Source of the DNA: an uncultured Ignavibacteriaceae bacterium
Lineage (GTDB): Bacteria; Bacteroidota; Ignavibacteria; Ignavibacteriales; Ignavibacteriaceae
Reading direction: 5' to 3'
Assembly (NCBI GenBank): GCA_964431385.1
Contig: CAYSJM010000002.1
Location: 4,242 to 68,241 of the forward strand
DNA: 64,000 nucleotides
The notes beneath the pieces were generated by a model that searched no databases, was not told the origin of the DNA, and saw nothing but the letters and a program-made list of their open reading frames with translations. Position numbers and translations under genes: made by a program. Below, piece by piece: positions 1 to 9,218 of this stretch. Within the stretch, counting starts at the first letter, position 1. Each line of letters begins with the position of its first letter.

Positions 1-633
1 GCTGAAGATGGTAAATACGCATTTTGCTCCGGTGGTGATCAACGAATCAGAGGTGATCAGGGTTACATCGGATCCGATGGTGTTCCAAGATTAAATGTGC
101 TCGATCTTCAAAAAATGATCAGAAGCATACCTAAACCTGTAATTGCATTGGTAGCGGGTTACGCAATAGGTGGCGGGCATGTCCTTCATGTGGTTTGTGA
201 TCTAACTATAGCCGCTGATAATGCAATTTTTGGTCAGACCGGTCCTAAAGTTGGCAGTTTCGACGGTGGATTTGGTGCGTCATATCTCGCCAGACTGGTA
301 GGTCAGAAGAGAGCTCGTGAAATCTGGTATCTTTGCCGTCAGTATAATGCTGCTGAAGCGTACGAAATGGGACTCGTGAACAAAATTGTACCTGTTGAGC
401 AGCTTGAGGCTGAGGGAGTTCAGTGGGCAAGAGAAATCCTCGAGAAGAGTCCACTTTCCATTAGATTGTTAAAATCAGCATTTAATGCCGAACTCGACGG
501 GCAACAGGGTATTCAAGAATTGGCTGGCAATGCTACACTTCTATACTACATGACTGAGGAGGCTCAGGAAGGGAAAAAAGCTTATCTCGAAAAAAGAAAA
601 CCGGATTTCAATAAATTTCCGAAACTTCCCTGA
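1..633 (+). CDS. menB: 1,4-dihydroxy-2-naphthoyl-CoA synthase (crotonase fold); 5' end cut by the window edge
   Basis: Frame 1 is open from base 1 ([26 protein letters not shown]) and runs into the listed 97..633 ORF. It has crotonase/MenB-type motifs ([31 protein letters not shown]). It is followed by menA and menE. Confidence 0.85.
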   Translation, partial: AEDGKYAFCSGGDQRIRGDQGYIGSDGVPRLNVLDLQKMIRSIPKPVIALVAGYAIGGGHVLHVVCDLTIAADNAIFGQTGPKVGSFDGGFGASYLARLVGQKRAREIWYLCRQYNAAEAYEMGLVNKIVPVEQLEAEGVQWAREILEKSPLSIRLLKSAFNAELDGQQGIQELAGNATLLYYMTEEAQEGKKAYLEKRKPDFNKFPKLP

Positions 634-638
634 TTGAT

Positions 639-1514
639 ATGAATAATTTAAATGTTTGGATACTTGCAGCGAGACCCAAAACACTTCTCGCTGCCTTTGT
701 ACCCGTGATTGTTGGTACATCTTTAGCCGTTGCCGAAAATAAGTTCGACTTATTTGCTGCAGTGGTTGCATTGATTTGTTCGATCTTAATTCAGATTGCA
801 ACCAATTTTACAAATGATCTTTATGATCATCTGAAGGGTGCCGACACGAAGGAAAGAGTAGGTCCACAAAGAGCCCTTAATGAAGGCTGGGTATCGGTGA
901 GTCAGATGAAATTAGCGATTTATTTCACATTTGGACTCGCATTTTTACTCGGTTTATACCTGGTTTATATTGGTGGACCACTAATTCTTGCAATTGGAAT
1001 TTTATCTATTGTTGCAGGATTCATGTACACAGGCGGTCCGTATCCATTTGCATATAATGGTTTGGGTGATTTGTTCGTTTTCCTTTTTTACGGATTTGTT
1101 GGTACCGTGGGTACTTATTTTATCAATACTCATACGATAACGAGTCAGGCATTAATTTCTTCTATCCCTGTTGGTGCCCTGGTTACAAATATCCTTGTAG
1201 TGAACAACTATAGAGATGTTGATCAGGACAAAAAAGCCGGCAAAAAGACTCTGGCTGTTATATTAGGTAAGAATTTTGCACTCGCAGAATATTTTGTCCT
1301 TCTTATTTCATCTTTTTCTGTGCCGCTGATAATGTATCTCTATTATGATCTGACCTATTGGGTGTTCCTTCCATATTTAACCCTCCCGTTTGCTTACAAG
1401 GCTATTTTAATGCTTCTTAATTTGAAAGGATCAGAACTGAATTCAGTTCTTGAGCTTTCAGCTAAATTATCTGCCTTGTTTGGTTTTCTTTTCTCTCTTG
1501 GGCTCTGTCTTTAA
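639..1514 (+). CDS. menA: 1,4-dihydroxy-2-naphthoate polyprenyltransferase (UbiA family)
   Basis: Polytopic membrane protein with two Asp-rich UbiA motifs (NDLYDHLKGAD and YRDVDQDKKAGKKT). It starts 5 bp after menB. Confidence 0.85.
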   Translation: MNNLNVWILAARPKTLLAAFVPVIVGTSLAVAENKFDLFAAVVALICSILIQIATNFTNDLYDHLKGADTKERVGPQRALNEGWVSVSQMKLAIYFTFGLAFLLGLYLVYIGGPLILAIGILSIVAGFMYTGGPYPFAYNGLGDLFVFLFYGFVGTVGTYFINTHTITSQALISSIPVGALVTNILVVNNYRDVDQDKKAGKKTLAVILGKNFALAEYFVLLISSFSVPLIMYLYYDLTYWVFLPYLTLPFAYKAILMLLNLKGSELNSVLELSAKLSALFGFLFSLGLCL

Positions 1515-1532
1515 AGAGCATTAAAACACACC

Positions 1533-2930
1533 ATGGCTAAAGACACCCTTTTGGGCTTAATTCCCGGGCTGATTATCGAAGCCCCTATTGAATTAGTTTC
1601 TTCTCTATCGAATAAAAAAATGAGAGAGAAAATTCTTGATTCTGCCAAACAGGACGGTAATTTTTATCTCTTCTCATGTGAAGTGCTGGCTGAAATTGAT
1701 TCATTTGAACCCCAAAAGATTAGAGACAACAAGCTTGTTTTCATTAAAGAAGAAAATCAGTTACAATTCATTTGTTCTGTTCTGTCCTGCTGGTCAAATG
1801 AATTGTTACCACTTCTTATATCGCCGCTGATTACTGATGCAGAGTTAAACGGGTTAATTGAGAGATTTAAGCCTTTCGGTGTAATTTCGAATGGTGATAT
1901 TACCTGTACTAATTACAATGAAAATCTTTATCCGATTAAAGACGAAGATGCTGTAGTAATTCTTACATCGGGGAGCTCGGGTAAACCAAAAAGTGTCGTT
2001 CATACCTTTAATTCGCTGTTTAACGCCGCTAAGAGAGGGAATAAGGAGCTAAGAACGGGAAGTGATGATAAATGGTTGTTGAGCTTACCCCTTTATCATA
2101 TTTCCGGTTTTTCAATCTTTTTGAGGGCATTGGCGGGTCAAATTCCTTTGGTACTAAATTTATCCAACAACACCACTACAAAAAAATTTTATAATGCTGC
2201 CGAGAGGAACCCAACCCTTGTGTCGTTTGTGACTACTCAACTGAAAGAATTTATCGACAACCCTGACGCATCTAATTATAAATTTAGGTCAATTCTTGGG
2301 GGAGGGGGTGCGATTGATGAAAAACTTTTATTAAAATCTGGTAGTCTTGAGTTACCTCTGTTGTATGGCTATGGCTCAAGTGAGTCGAGTGCTTTTATCG
2401 CGTTGACCGACTCACGGTCAGCTGGAAGTGGCGTTCTAAAACCACTTGAGGGTGTTGTTGTCGAAAATGTGAGCAATGAATTGACTGTTTCAACTGACCA
2501 GCTTTTTGATCGTTATCTCGATGATATCGGATTGACTTCAGAAAAGAAGAAAAACGGTCGATTTTTTACAGGTGACGAAGCTACAATCTTTCAGGATGGT
2601 TCTTTCAAAATAACCGGGCGGTCAAACAGATTCATCATTTCCGGCGGGATAAATGTTGACCCCAACGAAGTCGAGGCAGCAATAAAAGAATATCATGGTG
2701 TGATTGAGGCTTTTGTTTTTTCTGTATCAAATGAAAAATGGGGTGAGGCGGTTTCCGCATTGTTAAAGACAGAAGATGATTTTGATATCATGGATTACCA
2801 TAAATATCTTAGAACAAAGCTAACTCCCCACAAAATACCAAAATACTACAGAATTGTTGATGAGATACCAAAAAGTTCAATTGGAAAATACGACCCCAAG
2901 AGGGCAAGAGAAATTCTATTTGAGCGTTAA
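1533..2930 (+). CDS. menE: o-succinylbenzoate-CoA ligase (adenylate-forming enzyme)
   Basis: AMP-binding motifs TSGSSGKPKSV, YGYGSSE, TGD and a C-terminal SIGK. Substrate is assigned from the men gene context only. Confidence 0.7.
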   Translation: MAKDTLLGLIPGLIIEAPIELVSSLSNKKMREKILDSAKQDGNFYLFSCEVLAEIDSFEPQKIRDNKLVFIKEENQLQFICSVLSCWSNELLPLLISPLITDAELNGLIERFKPFGVISNGDITCTNYNENLYPIKDEDAVVILTSGSSGKPKSVVHTFNSLFNAAKRGNKELRTGSDDKWLLSLPLYHISGFSIFLRALAGQIPLVLNLSNNTTTKKFYNAAERNPTLVSFVTTQLKEFIDNPDASNYKFRSILGGGGAIDEKLLLKSGSLELPLLYGYGSSESSAFIALTDSRSAGSGVLKPLEGVVVENVSNELTVSTDQLFDRYLDDIGLTSEKKKNGRFFTGDEATIFQDGSFKITGRSNRFIISGGINVDPNEVEAAIKEYHGVIEAFVFSVSNEKWGEAVSALLKTEDDFDIMDYHKYLRTKLTPHKIPKYYRIVDEIPKSSIGKYDPKRAREILFER

Positions 2931-3325
2931 AGTTCCAGTTTAAGTAGAGCATTCTTCAGGTTATCGGGCACCTCACATTTAGTTTGCGTTTCTGCAGAAA
3001 CCACAACATGGACAGTTTTTACTTTAGCGGCTATTCGATTCTCCGAATCGTAGATATTGTAAGCGAGTGAAAATGAATTTTCTTTAATCTCTCCCAATTT
3101 TACCATCACTATCACTGTCATACCTGCTTTTAATGGAATTTTATAGTCGGCTTCAGCGTGAACTAATGGAATAATTATTCCTTTTCCCTCAAAAAATCCT
3201 CCCAGATCATTCTTAAATAAAAACTTTTCGTAGGCAATGTGGACAATTTCAAATGCACGAGAAAAGAACATAATGCCGGCAGGATCACAATCGGAAAATG
3301 AGATATATCTTTCAGTTGAGAACAT
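2927..3325 (-). CDS. Hotdog-fold acyl-CoA thioesterase (4HBT/YbgC-like); possible DHNA-CoA thioesterase
   Basis: 132 aa with an N-terminal SFSDCDPAGIMFFSRAF motif typical of 4HBT-type thioesterases. Convergent with menE, and the two stop codons overlap. Confidence 0.55.
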   Translation of the reverse strand: MFSTERYISFSDCDPAGIMFFSRAFEIVHIAYEKFLFKNDLGGFFEGKGIIIPLVHAEADYKIPLKAGMTVIVMVKLGEIKENSFSLAYNIYDSENRIAAKVKTVHVVVSAETQTKCEVPDNLKNALLKLEL

Positions 3326-3415
3326 GGTAAATTCGCTTTATTGGGAGAAAAAAGGCTGTCAAAAATATTTTTCGTAATTTTAGGAATTGAAAATAACAAA
3401 GTAAGGAAACAAAAC

Positions 3416-3868
3416 ATGAAAATATTCAGATTTTTAACGATCTGTTTTATCTTTTCAACAATTAGTATCTTTTCACAGAGTTCAGGTTTTGGGCTTGGAA
3501 TAATAGTAGGGGAGCCTACCGGACTTTCAGGTAAGTATTTTCTGAATGCAAACAATGCCATAGATGCAGCGGTCGCATGGTCCTTCAAAAAAGAAGCGGC
3601 ACTTCATATTCATGCAGACTATCTTTATCACGACAATTCATTTTTTAATGTAAGAACCGGCAAACTTCCGGTTTATTTCGGTTTTGGTGGTAGAATCAAA
3701 TTACAGGATAAAAGCCGTTTTGGAGTCAGGGTGCCTGTTGGTATAGCGTACCAGTTTCCTAAAGCTCCTGTCGATCTTTTTGTCGAAATAGTACCACTTT
3801 TAGACCTCATTCCCGATACTCAATTCGATTTTAACGGGGCAATTGGCGTACGGTATTACTTCGAGTAA
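3416..3868 (+). CDS. Small outer-membrane beta-barrel protein (OMP_b-brl-like)
   Basis: I prefer the internal ATG at 3416, preceded by AAGGAA, which gives the signal peptide MKIFRFLTICFIFSTISIFSQ. The sequence has alternating hydrophobic beta-strand patterns and ends ..GVRYYFE. Confidence 0.55.
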   Translation: MKIFRFLTICFIFSTISIFSQSSGFGLGIIVGEPTGLSGKYFLNANNAIDAAVAWSFKKEAALHIHADYLYHDNSFFNVRTGKLPVYFGFGGRIKLQDKSRFGVRVPVGIAYQFPKAPVDLFVEIVPLLDLIPDTQFDFNGAIGVRYYFE

Positions 3869-3871
3869 TCG

Positions 3872-4573
3872 ATGAATCGATTTGCCGGTCAGGAACTCTT
3901 CTGGTGTGATATAAAGCGAAGTGGTGCCGGGCTCTCACTTTCAGGTAGTGACACAAGACACATAATCCGGGTGATGCGACACAAACCCGGGGATGTGATT
4001 CATGTTACTGAAGGTAACGGCAGTATCTTTGAAGTGGAAATCATTGACTCGCAGGATGACAAAATTGAAGTGAGGCTTATCGAGGAATTCCGATTTGAGA
4101 ATCATCTATCGAACTTTGAGATTGCCATCCCTCGGTTAAAAAACAGTGATAAAATTGAATTGGTGATCGAAAAACTTGTAGAAACCGGATTCACAAAATT
4201 TCTTTTTTTCGAGTCAGAAAACAGTATCGGAAAAGGTTTTAAACTTGAGAGATGGGAAAAGATAGCCGTCTCGGCTTCAAAACAATCTTTTAATCCCTTC
4301 AAGGTTGAACTAAGATCAGTTAAAAAATTCGAGGAAATCTTTTTGCAAGGGTGTGAGGTGATTGGATTCGATCTTGAGGCCTCAAAAAGTTTTGTTGGGT
4401 TTGAACCTGTAGCCAACAAAAACTATATTCTTGTAACCGGACCTGAGGGAGGTCTAAGCAAAAAAGAACTCGTAAAATTCCAAGATGGGAATTTGTTTCA
4501 GCTTAAAAGAAACCGGTTAAGAAGTGAGACTGCAATTTTATATTCAGCTTTTCTTCTTACCCGGTTTTACTAA
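3872..4573 (+). CDS. rsmE: 16S rRNA (uracil1498-N3)-methyltransferase
   Basis: N-terminal PUA-like segment (HIIRVMRHKPGD) and a C-terminal SPOUT motif TGPEGGLSKKE..R..ETA. Confidence 0.8.
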   Translation: MNRFAGQELFWCDIKRSGAGLSLSGSDTRHIIRVMRHKPGDVIHVTEGNGSIFEVEIIDSQDDKIEVRLIEEFRFENHLSNFEIAIPRLKNSDKIELVIEKLVETGFTKFLFFESENSIGKGFKLERWEKIAVSASKQSFNPFKVELRSVKKFEEIFLQGCEVIGFDLEASKSFVGFEPVANKNYILVTGPEGGLSKKELVKFQDGNLFQLKRNRLRSETAILYSAFLLTRFY

Positions 4574-5391
4574 AAGTATTCGACTATTCTTCTTACAAGT
4601 CTGTTAAATTTGTTCTCAACCAACTTGGCAGCAACTGTAACATCATCATGGCTAAGTTTGTGTGGTGATAGACCAGCCGCATAATTTGTTATGCAGGAGA
4701 TGCAACTCACCTTTATACCATTTGCAGAAGCCCAATATGCCTCGGCGACTGTTGACATACCCACAGCGTGAGCACCAAATTTATCTACCATTCTTATTTC
4801 TGCCGGGGTTTCGTATGTTGGTCCTTTATTATACCAGTAGATACCTTCCTTCAGATGCACCTTTTCTTCGAGTGCAGACCAAATTATGATGTCGTTAAAA
4901 TCGGGATCGGGAGTTTTGATAAAGAGATTTTTTTGGTCAGGTGTTGCCAATCTCATCACCTCATTGATCTCATTTTTGATGTTGATACCGATAAAAGAAG
5001 TGCAAAGCATCAAATCACCCGGTTCGAAAGCATAATCAACACCACCGGCGGCATTTGTTAGCAATAAGTAGGGGATTCCCAGCCCTTTGGTGATAATTGA
5101 AGGGACGATAGTTTCGTAGAGTTGGTATCCTTCATAAAAATGGAACCGACCTTGAAAAACGAGGCATTTTTTGCCGTTTATTTCACCGAGTATCAATTTC
5201 CCCGAATGACCTTCAACGGTTGATTTTGGATAGTTCGGTAGTGTATCACCATCCCAAACCTTAAGAATATCGATAGTTTCGGGGAATTTTCCGAGTCCAG
5301 AACCCAAAACTATCGAAAGTTTAATGTCGTCTTTGATATCTTTCTTTAGAGTATCAACAAGGTCTTTGTAATAAAATTCAAAGTCAAACAT
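4570..5391 (-). CDS. punA: Purine nucleoside phosphorylase (trimeric PunA/PNP type)
   Basis: Motifs IVLGSGLG, VFQGRFHFYEGY, NAAGG and GMSTV. The start was moved to the ATG at 5391 (MFDFEFYY..), because the longer track ORF would overlap nupC by more than 100 nt. Confidence 0.8.
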   Translation of the reverse strand: MFDFEFYYKDLVDTLKKDIKDDIKLSIVLGSGLGKFPETIDILKVWDGDTLPNYPKSTVEGHSGKLILGEINGKKCLVFQGRFHFYEGYQLYETIVPSIITKGLGIPYLLLTNAAGGVDYAFEPGDLMLCTSFIGINIKNEINEVMRLATPDQKNLFIKTPDPDFNDIIIWSALEEKVHLKEGIYWYNKGPTYETPAEIRMVDKFGAHAVGMSTVAEAYWASANGIKVSCISCITNYAAGLSPHKLSHDDVTVAAKLVENKFNRLVRRIVEYF

Positions 5392-5392
5392 C

Positions 5393-6745
5393 TTAGAAAA
5401 AGATTCCTGCGATAGTTGCTGAAAGAAGAGTTGACAGAGTTCCACCGATAACTGCTTTAAGACCAAGCTGTGCAAGGTCAGCTTTTCTGTGTGGAGCCAA
5501 AGCACCAATTCCACCTACCTGAATAGCAATGGAAGAGAAGTTTGCAAATCCACAAAGAGCATAAGATGACATAAAGATCACCTTCGGATTTATAATTTCT
5601 TTAACTTCAACCATTCTCGATAGTTCGAGATATGCAACAAATTCGTTCAATACTGTTTTGGTACCGAGCAGACTGCCAAAATTCAAAGCATCTTCAAAGG
5701 GGATACCGATTGCGAATGCAACGGGCTGGAGTATAAAACCGATCAAAATTTCAAAACTTAATGGCTTTCCATAATGCTCAACGAGGACAGCACTTAGTCC
5801 CGTGACATCACCAACCCAGCCTAACATACCGTTAAAAAGGGCAATCAAGCAGATGAATGCGATTAACATTCCACCAACATTTATTGCTAACTGGAGTCCG
5901 TCAATTGCTCCATTCGAAGCCGCTTCAATTACATTTGAGCCATTTTTTTCAACACTCAGTTTAACCTGACCGCGTGTTGCAGGCTCATCAACTTCGGGGA
6001 AGATAATTTTTGAGATTAATAATGCAGCAGGTGCAGCAAGAACAGATGCACTCAAAAGTTGTTTTGCAAAGAGAAGTTGTCCCTCACTAATTGTGATCCC
6101 CTTAGCGGCAGCATACGATTGTCCCAGCATCTGAATATAAGCTGCCATTACACCACCGGCAATTGTAGCCATACCTCCTGTCATAACTGTAAGCATTTCA
6201 CTTTTGGTCATCTTATCGAGATATGGTTTCACAATCAGCGGAGCTTCAGTTTGTCCAACAAAGATATTTGCAGTACAAGAGAGTGATTCAGCACCGGAAG
6301 TACCCATAATCTTAGCCATCACCCATGCCATTGCCTGTACAATCTTTTGCATTATACCAAGATAGTAGAGGATAGCCATAAGTGCGGCAAAGAAAATTAT
6401 AGTGGGAAGCACTTGGAATGCAAAGAAAAAGCCGAGGCTGCCTTGCTGTCCGGGGCTTAGAGCAAGATTCCCAAACACAAAAGAAGCGCCTTTTTCTGAA
6501 TATTGAAGCACAATAACAAAGAAGGAGCTAACCCATCCAAAAAAATCTTTCACCCAACCGAGTGGAGCGAAGAATTCTGCCATGTCATCTCCCTTAATGA
6601 GGAAGATTGCAAGTACAAACTGAATTGAAAGTCCACCGGAGACCAATCTCCAGTTTATGTGCTTTTTGTTATTCGACAGAAGAAACGCTATGCCAAGGAG
6701 AACCCCTATGCCAAGAAATCCACGAAGTATAGAAACTATATCCAT
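5393..6745 (-). CDS. nupC: Concentrative nucleoside transporter (NupC/CNT family)
   Basis: 450 aa polytopic protein with CNT-type motifs (GTSGAESL.. FVGQTEAPL, CGFANFSSIAIQVGG). Its stop lies 1 nt before the punA start. Confidence 0.8.
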   Translation of the reverse strand: MDIVSILRGFLGIGVLLGIAFLLSNNKKHINWRLVSGGLSIQFVLAIFLIKGDDMAEFFAPLGWVKDFFGWVSSFFVIVLQYSEKGASFVFGNLALSPGQQGSLGFFFAFQVLPTIIFFAALMAILYYLGIMQKIVQAMAWVMAKIMGTSGAESLSCTANIFVGQTEAPLIVKPYLDKMTKSEMLTVMTGGMATIAGGVMAAYIQMLGQSYAAAKGITISEGQLLFAKQLLSASVLAAPAALLISKIIFPEVDEPATRGQVKLSVEKNGSNVIEAASNGAIDGLQLAINVGGMLIAFICLIALFNGMLGWVGDVTGLSAVLVEHYGKPLSFEILIGFILQPVAFAIGIPFEDALNFGSLLGTKTVLNEFVAYLELSRMVEVKEIINPKVIFMSSYALCGFANFSSIAIQVGGIGALAPHRKADLAQLGLKAVIGGTLSTLLSATIAGIFF

Positions 6746-6767
6746 TTTTGATACCTAAATAATAAAA

Positions 6768-7913
6768 TTATTTCCAATTAAATTTAGTAAAACGAGATGC
6801 AAAATAGTTAATAATCAAGAAAATTTCATAAAAAATTTGATAGAAAATGATCTCGAATAGAGAAAAGTTGTATTTAAATTTCTTTTGTAGTATGGAGACC
6901 ACAATTGTATCAAGTGTAATTTTAATAAAAAATGTGTACGACACCTCAGGGAACCAGGGGAGTAGCAAGATTGAAGATTGTGCATAAAGGTTTGGCAAAT
7001 GCCAAAACACAAGGATCCATTTAGAGAATTTTGAATAAAATTTTGATGCTGCTGCGTGTCTGGCTTTCTGGCGAAGATAGTCTTTGGTTAAGTAATTTGT
7101 TTTTGAGACCACAGCCACATTTTCTGAGAGACAGAGATTTACAATATATCCCTTCTCAAGAAAATTTTTTAACAGGAGGTCATCATCACCACCGAGTGAT
7201 TTTTTTGTTGACTCGTATCCCCCCTGGGTTTGAAAAACATTTTTCCTGAAACCCATATTTCTTGCAGTTGCAGAAACGGGGTGACCCCATCCAAAAGTCG
7301 AAGAAATTAATAAAAATGAGCGAAGATTTTCGAAACATGAGAGCCCATTAAAAAAGCCTGAATCTTTCTGAAGTGGGGCGATTCCGATCAGGAATTGAGT
7401 TTCTTTGGTGAAATAGCAGTCAAGTTCTTTTAACCAGTTTTGTGGAACCACACAATCCGCATCGGTGATTAAGATTCTTTCAAATTTTGAGTGGTTAATC
7501 CCTTTTTCAAGTGCGTTTCGTTTCCCGGGTAGATCATCAGTGGAATGTGCGAATAGCGTTAAATTGGATAGGTGAGTGAGATAAGATTTGACTATTTCAC
7601 GAGTTTTATCTGAGGACCCATCATCACTGATTATTATCTCAAATTTTTCTTTCGGGTACTCGAGCAACGATAATGATTCCAAAAGTTTCCCGATATTTTG
7701 TTCTTCATTTCTTGCCGCTACAACTATGGAAAAATCTTCATGAGGGGTATCGTCACCATTTTTTGCGATCATTTTTTTCCCCCTCAAAAGTCCAAGAATA
7801 AAAAGGAAGTAAGAGATTACAAAAAATATTAGTATGATGAAGTAGAAAATTTGCAAGACAGCCAGTAAAATTGTGGAGAAACAAAACAGAGAAAAGGAAA
7901 GAGGCTGTTGCAC
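6768..7913 (-). CDS. Membrane-embedded family-2 glycosyltransferase; start uncertain
   Basis: GT2 motifs FSIVVAARNEE..FEIIISDDGSSDKT and ITDADCVVP, an N-terminal TM and several C-terminal TM helices. The listed GTG start lies inside a strong hairpin (7901..7927), so the true start may be further downstream. Confidence 0.65.
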   Translation of the reverse strand: MQQPLSFSLFCFSTILLAVLQIFYFIILIFFVISYFLFILGLLRGKKMIAKNGDDTPHEDFSIVVAARNEEQNIGKLLESLSLLEYPKEKFEIIISDDGSSDKTREIVKSYLTHLSNLTLFAHSTDDLPGKRNALEKGINHSKFERILITDADCVVPQNWLKELDCYFTKETQFLIGIAPLQKDSGFFNGLSCFENLRSFLLISSTFGWGHPVSATARNMGFRKNVFQTQGGYESTKKSLGGDDDLLLKNFLEKGYIVNLCLSENVAVVSKTNYLTKDYLRQKARHAAASKFYSKFSKWILVFWHLPNLYAQSSILLLPWFPEVSYTFFIKITLDTIVVSILQKKFKYNFSLFEIIFYQIFYEIFLIINYFASRFTKFNWK

Positions 7914-7927
7914 ATGGCAACAGCCTC
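7890..7927 (-). terminator. Intrinsic-terminator-like hairpin after the porin gene
   Basis: Perfect 11-bp arms GAGGCTGTTGC (7901..7911) and GCAACAGCCTC (7917..7927) around a 5-nt loop. On the minus strand they are followed by the T-rich TTTCCTTTTCTCT. Confidence 0.55.
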
Positions 7928-7940
7928 AAAAAAAACAAAA

Positions 7941-9146
7941 TTATTTCATATTAAGATGAAAACCGGCATAAAACCAAAATGCGGTATCCTGACCTTTTTT
8001 CTCTTTGAAGATATCACCTGGAAGAAAAGTTGCTGCACCAAAATTGAAATTTAAATACTCATTGTACTTTGCCATAAATGACAAGTCAAATTCAGTACCA
8101 AAGGCATTACTTTCACTTCCGGAAGCAAGTTTGTAAGGTTGAGCTGAACCGAAAAGATGTCCTGTAAACTTACCGGCAAGCCATTCAGCAAGTGCCATTT
8201 TATAATATCCATAGATATCAGTTACACCGAGGTTGTAAGTTGAAGCTGGAACAACTTTAAAGTAGTCCATATCACCAAGAAAAGCATGTTTTGTAGCGTA
8301 GGAATTATCAAAAACTTCATATTTATTATCGGAAGCATCCTTATCACCGGAGTAGTAGGCGAACCCTGCACCGAGAGCTGCTCTAGACTGTACCTGGAAT
8401 CCATATTCAAGATTTATTGCAGCAACAAATGCGGAGATATCCATCTGTTTATTTGATTTAATGTTACCGGTCTGATATGCAAAATCAATGTCATGTGACA
8501 GTGGACCAAACGAACCCATTAAGTTTACTCCAAGAGTTAGTCTTGCAAGATTTTCCACAGGTACTCTTCTGTCGAACATCACAAAAGGATTCAATTTCAG
8601 ATTGTCCAACAGTCTAAATTCTGAAAATACTCCAAACAAATTTTGGTCGAGACTGTCACCAACCAATTGTTTATCTGCCACTCTGAATGCGAATGCATTA
8701 ATCAGGTAACCTTTACCTGCATATTTAACAGTGGCACCGTCAAAAGTGATAGGAGTGTTCCCCCAATCAGATTGACCAATCATTCTTGCGTTATTGTATT
8801 TTGCTTCTTGTCTTCCAAGCAAAAACTCCCAGTTGCCCTTCTTTATTTTGAGGTAACCTTCGTTAAGATCAAGATTTGCTGAGTTGGATTGAACTGATGC
8901 CTCTTGTCCAAAAACTCTTGCATCAATTATTCTGAATACAAATTCAAGATCATCATTGTTGCTGATGTTTACACCGAGGCGTGCTCTGTTGTTAATGTAG
9001 TTATGAACACCTGTATTTGAATTAAAATCGAGTTCATCAATTTCAAGTCGGGTCCTTAATTCGCCATTAAACTTTACATTTAGTTGTGCAAATAGTGATG
9101 GCGTAATGAGTAAAAGTGCAATAATGAAAAAAGAATATTTTTTCAT
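7941..9146 (-). CDS. Outer-membrane beta-barrel, alginate-export (AlgE-like) family
   Basis: Signal peptide MKKYSFFIIALLLITPSLFAQ. Also GELRTRLE and LGRQEAKYNNARMIGQSDWGNTPITFDG, which resemble the alginate_exp family signature, and a C-terminal aromatic-rich strand. Confidence 0.55.
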   Translation of the reverse strand: MKKYSFFIIALLLITPSLFAQLNVKFNGELRTRLEIDELDFNSNTGVHNYINNRARLGVNISNNDDLEFVFRIIDARVFGQEASVQSNSANLDLNEGYLKIKKGNWEFLLGRQEAKYNNARMIGQSDWGNTPITFDGATVKYAGKGYLINAFAFRVADKQLVGDSLDQNLFGVFSEFRLLDNLKLNPFVMFDRRVPVENLARLTLGVNLMGSFGPLSHDIDFAYQTGNIKSNKQMDISAFVAAINLEYGFQVQSRAALGAGFAYYSGDKDASDNKYEVFDNSYATKHAFLGDMDYFKVVPASTYNLGVTDIYGYYKMALAEWLAGKFTGHLFGSAQPYKLASGSESNAFGTEFDLSFMAKYNEYLNFNFGAATFLPGDIFKEKKGQDTAFWFYAGFHLNMK

Positions 9147-9218
9147 GATAATCCTTCTTTATAAGTGGAATAAAAAGTCTGATTCAAATCTAATTATTTT
9201 TACCTTAAAAATAAAAAA

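Noticed and set aside
3175-3588. 137-aa minus-strand ORF overlapping the thioesterase 5' end and the small OMP gene.
   Set aside because: It overlaps two better-supported genes in other frames or strands, and its translation has no features.
5392-5514. N-terminal 41-aa extension of the punA ORF as listed (start at 5514).
   Set aside because: It would overlap the nupC 3' end by more than 120 nt. The ATG at 5391 gives a normal PNP N-terminus 1 nt after the nupC stop. I applied similar trimming to the ORFs at 3341, 10139, 14807, 14814, 23014, 28337 and 50853.
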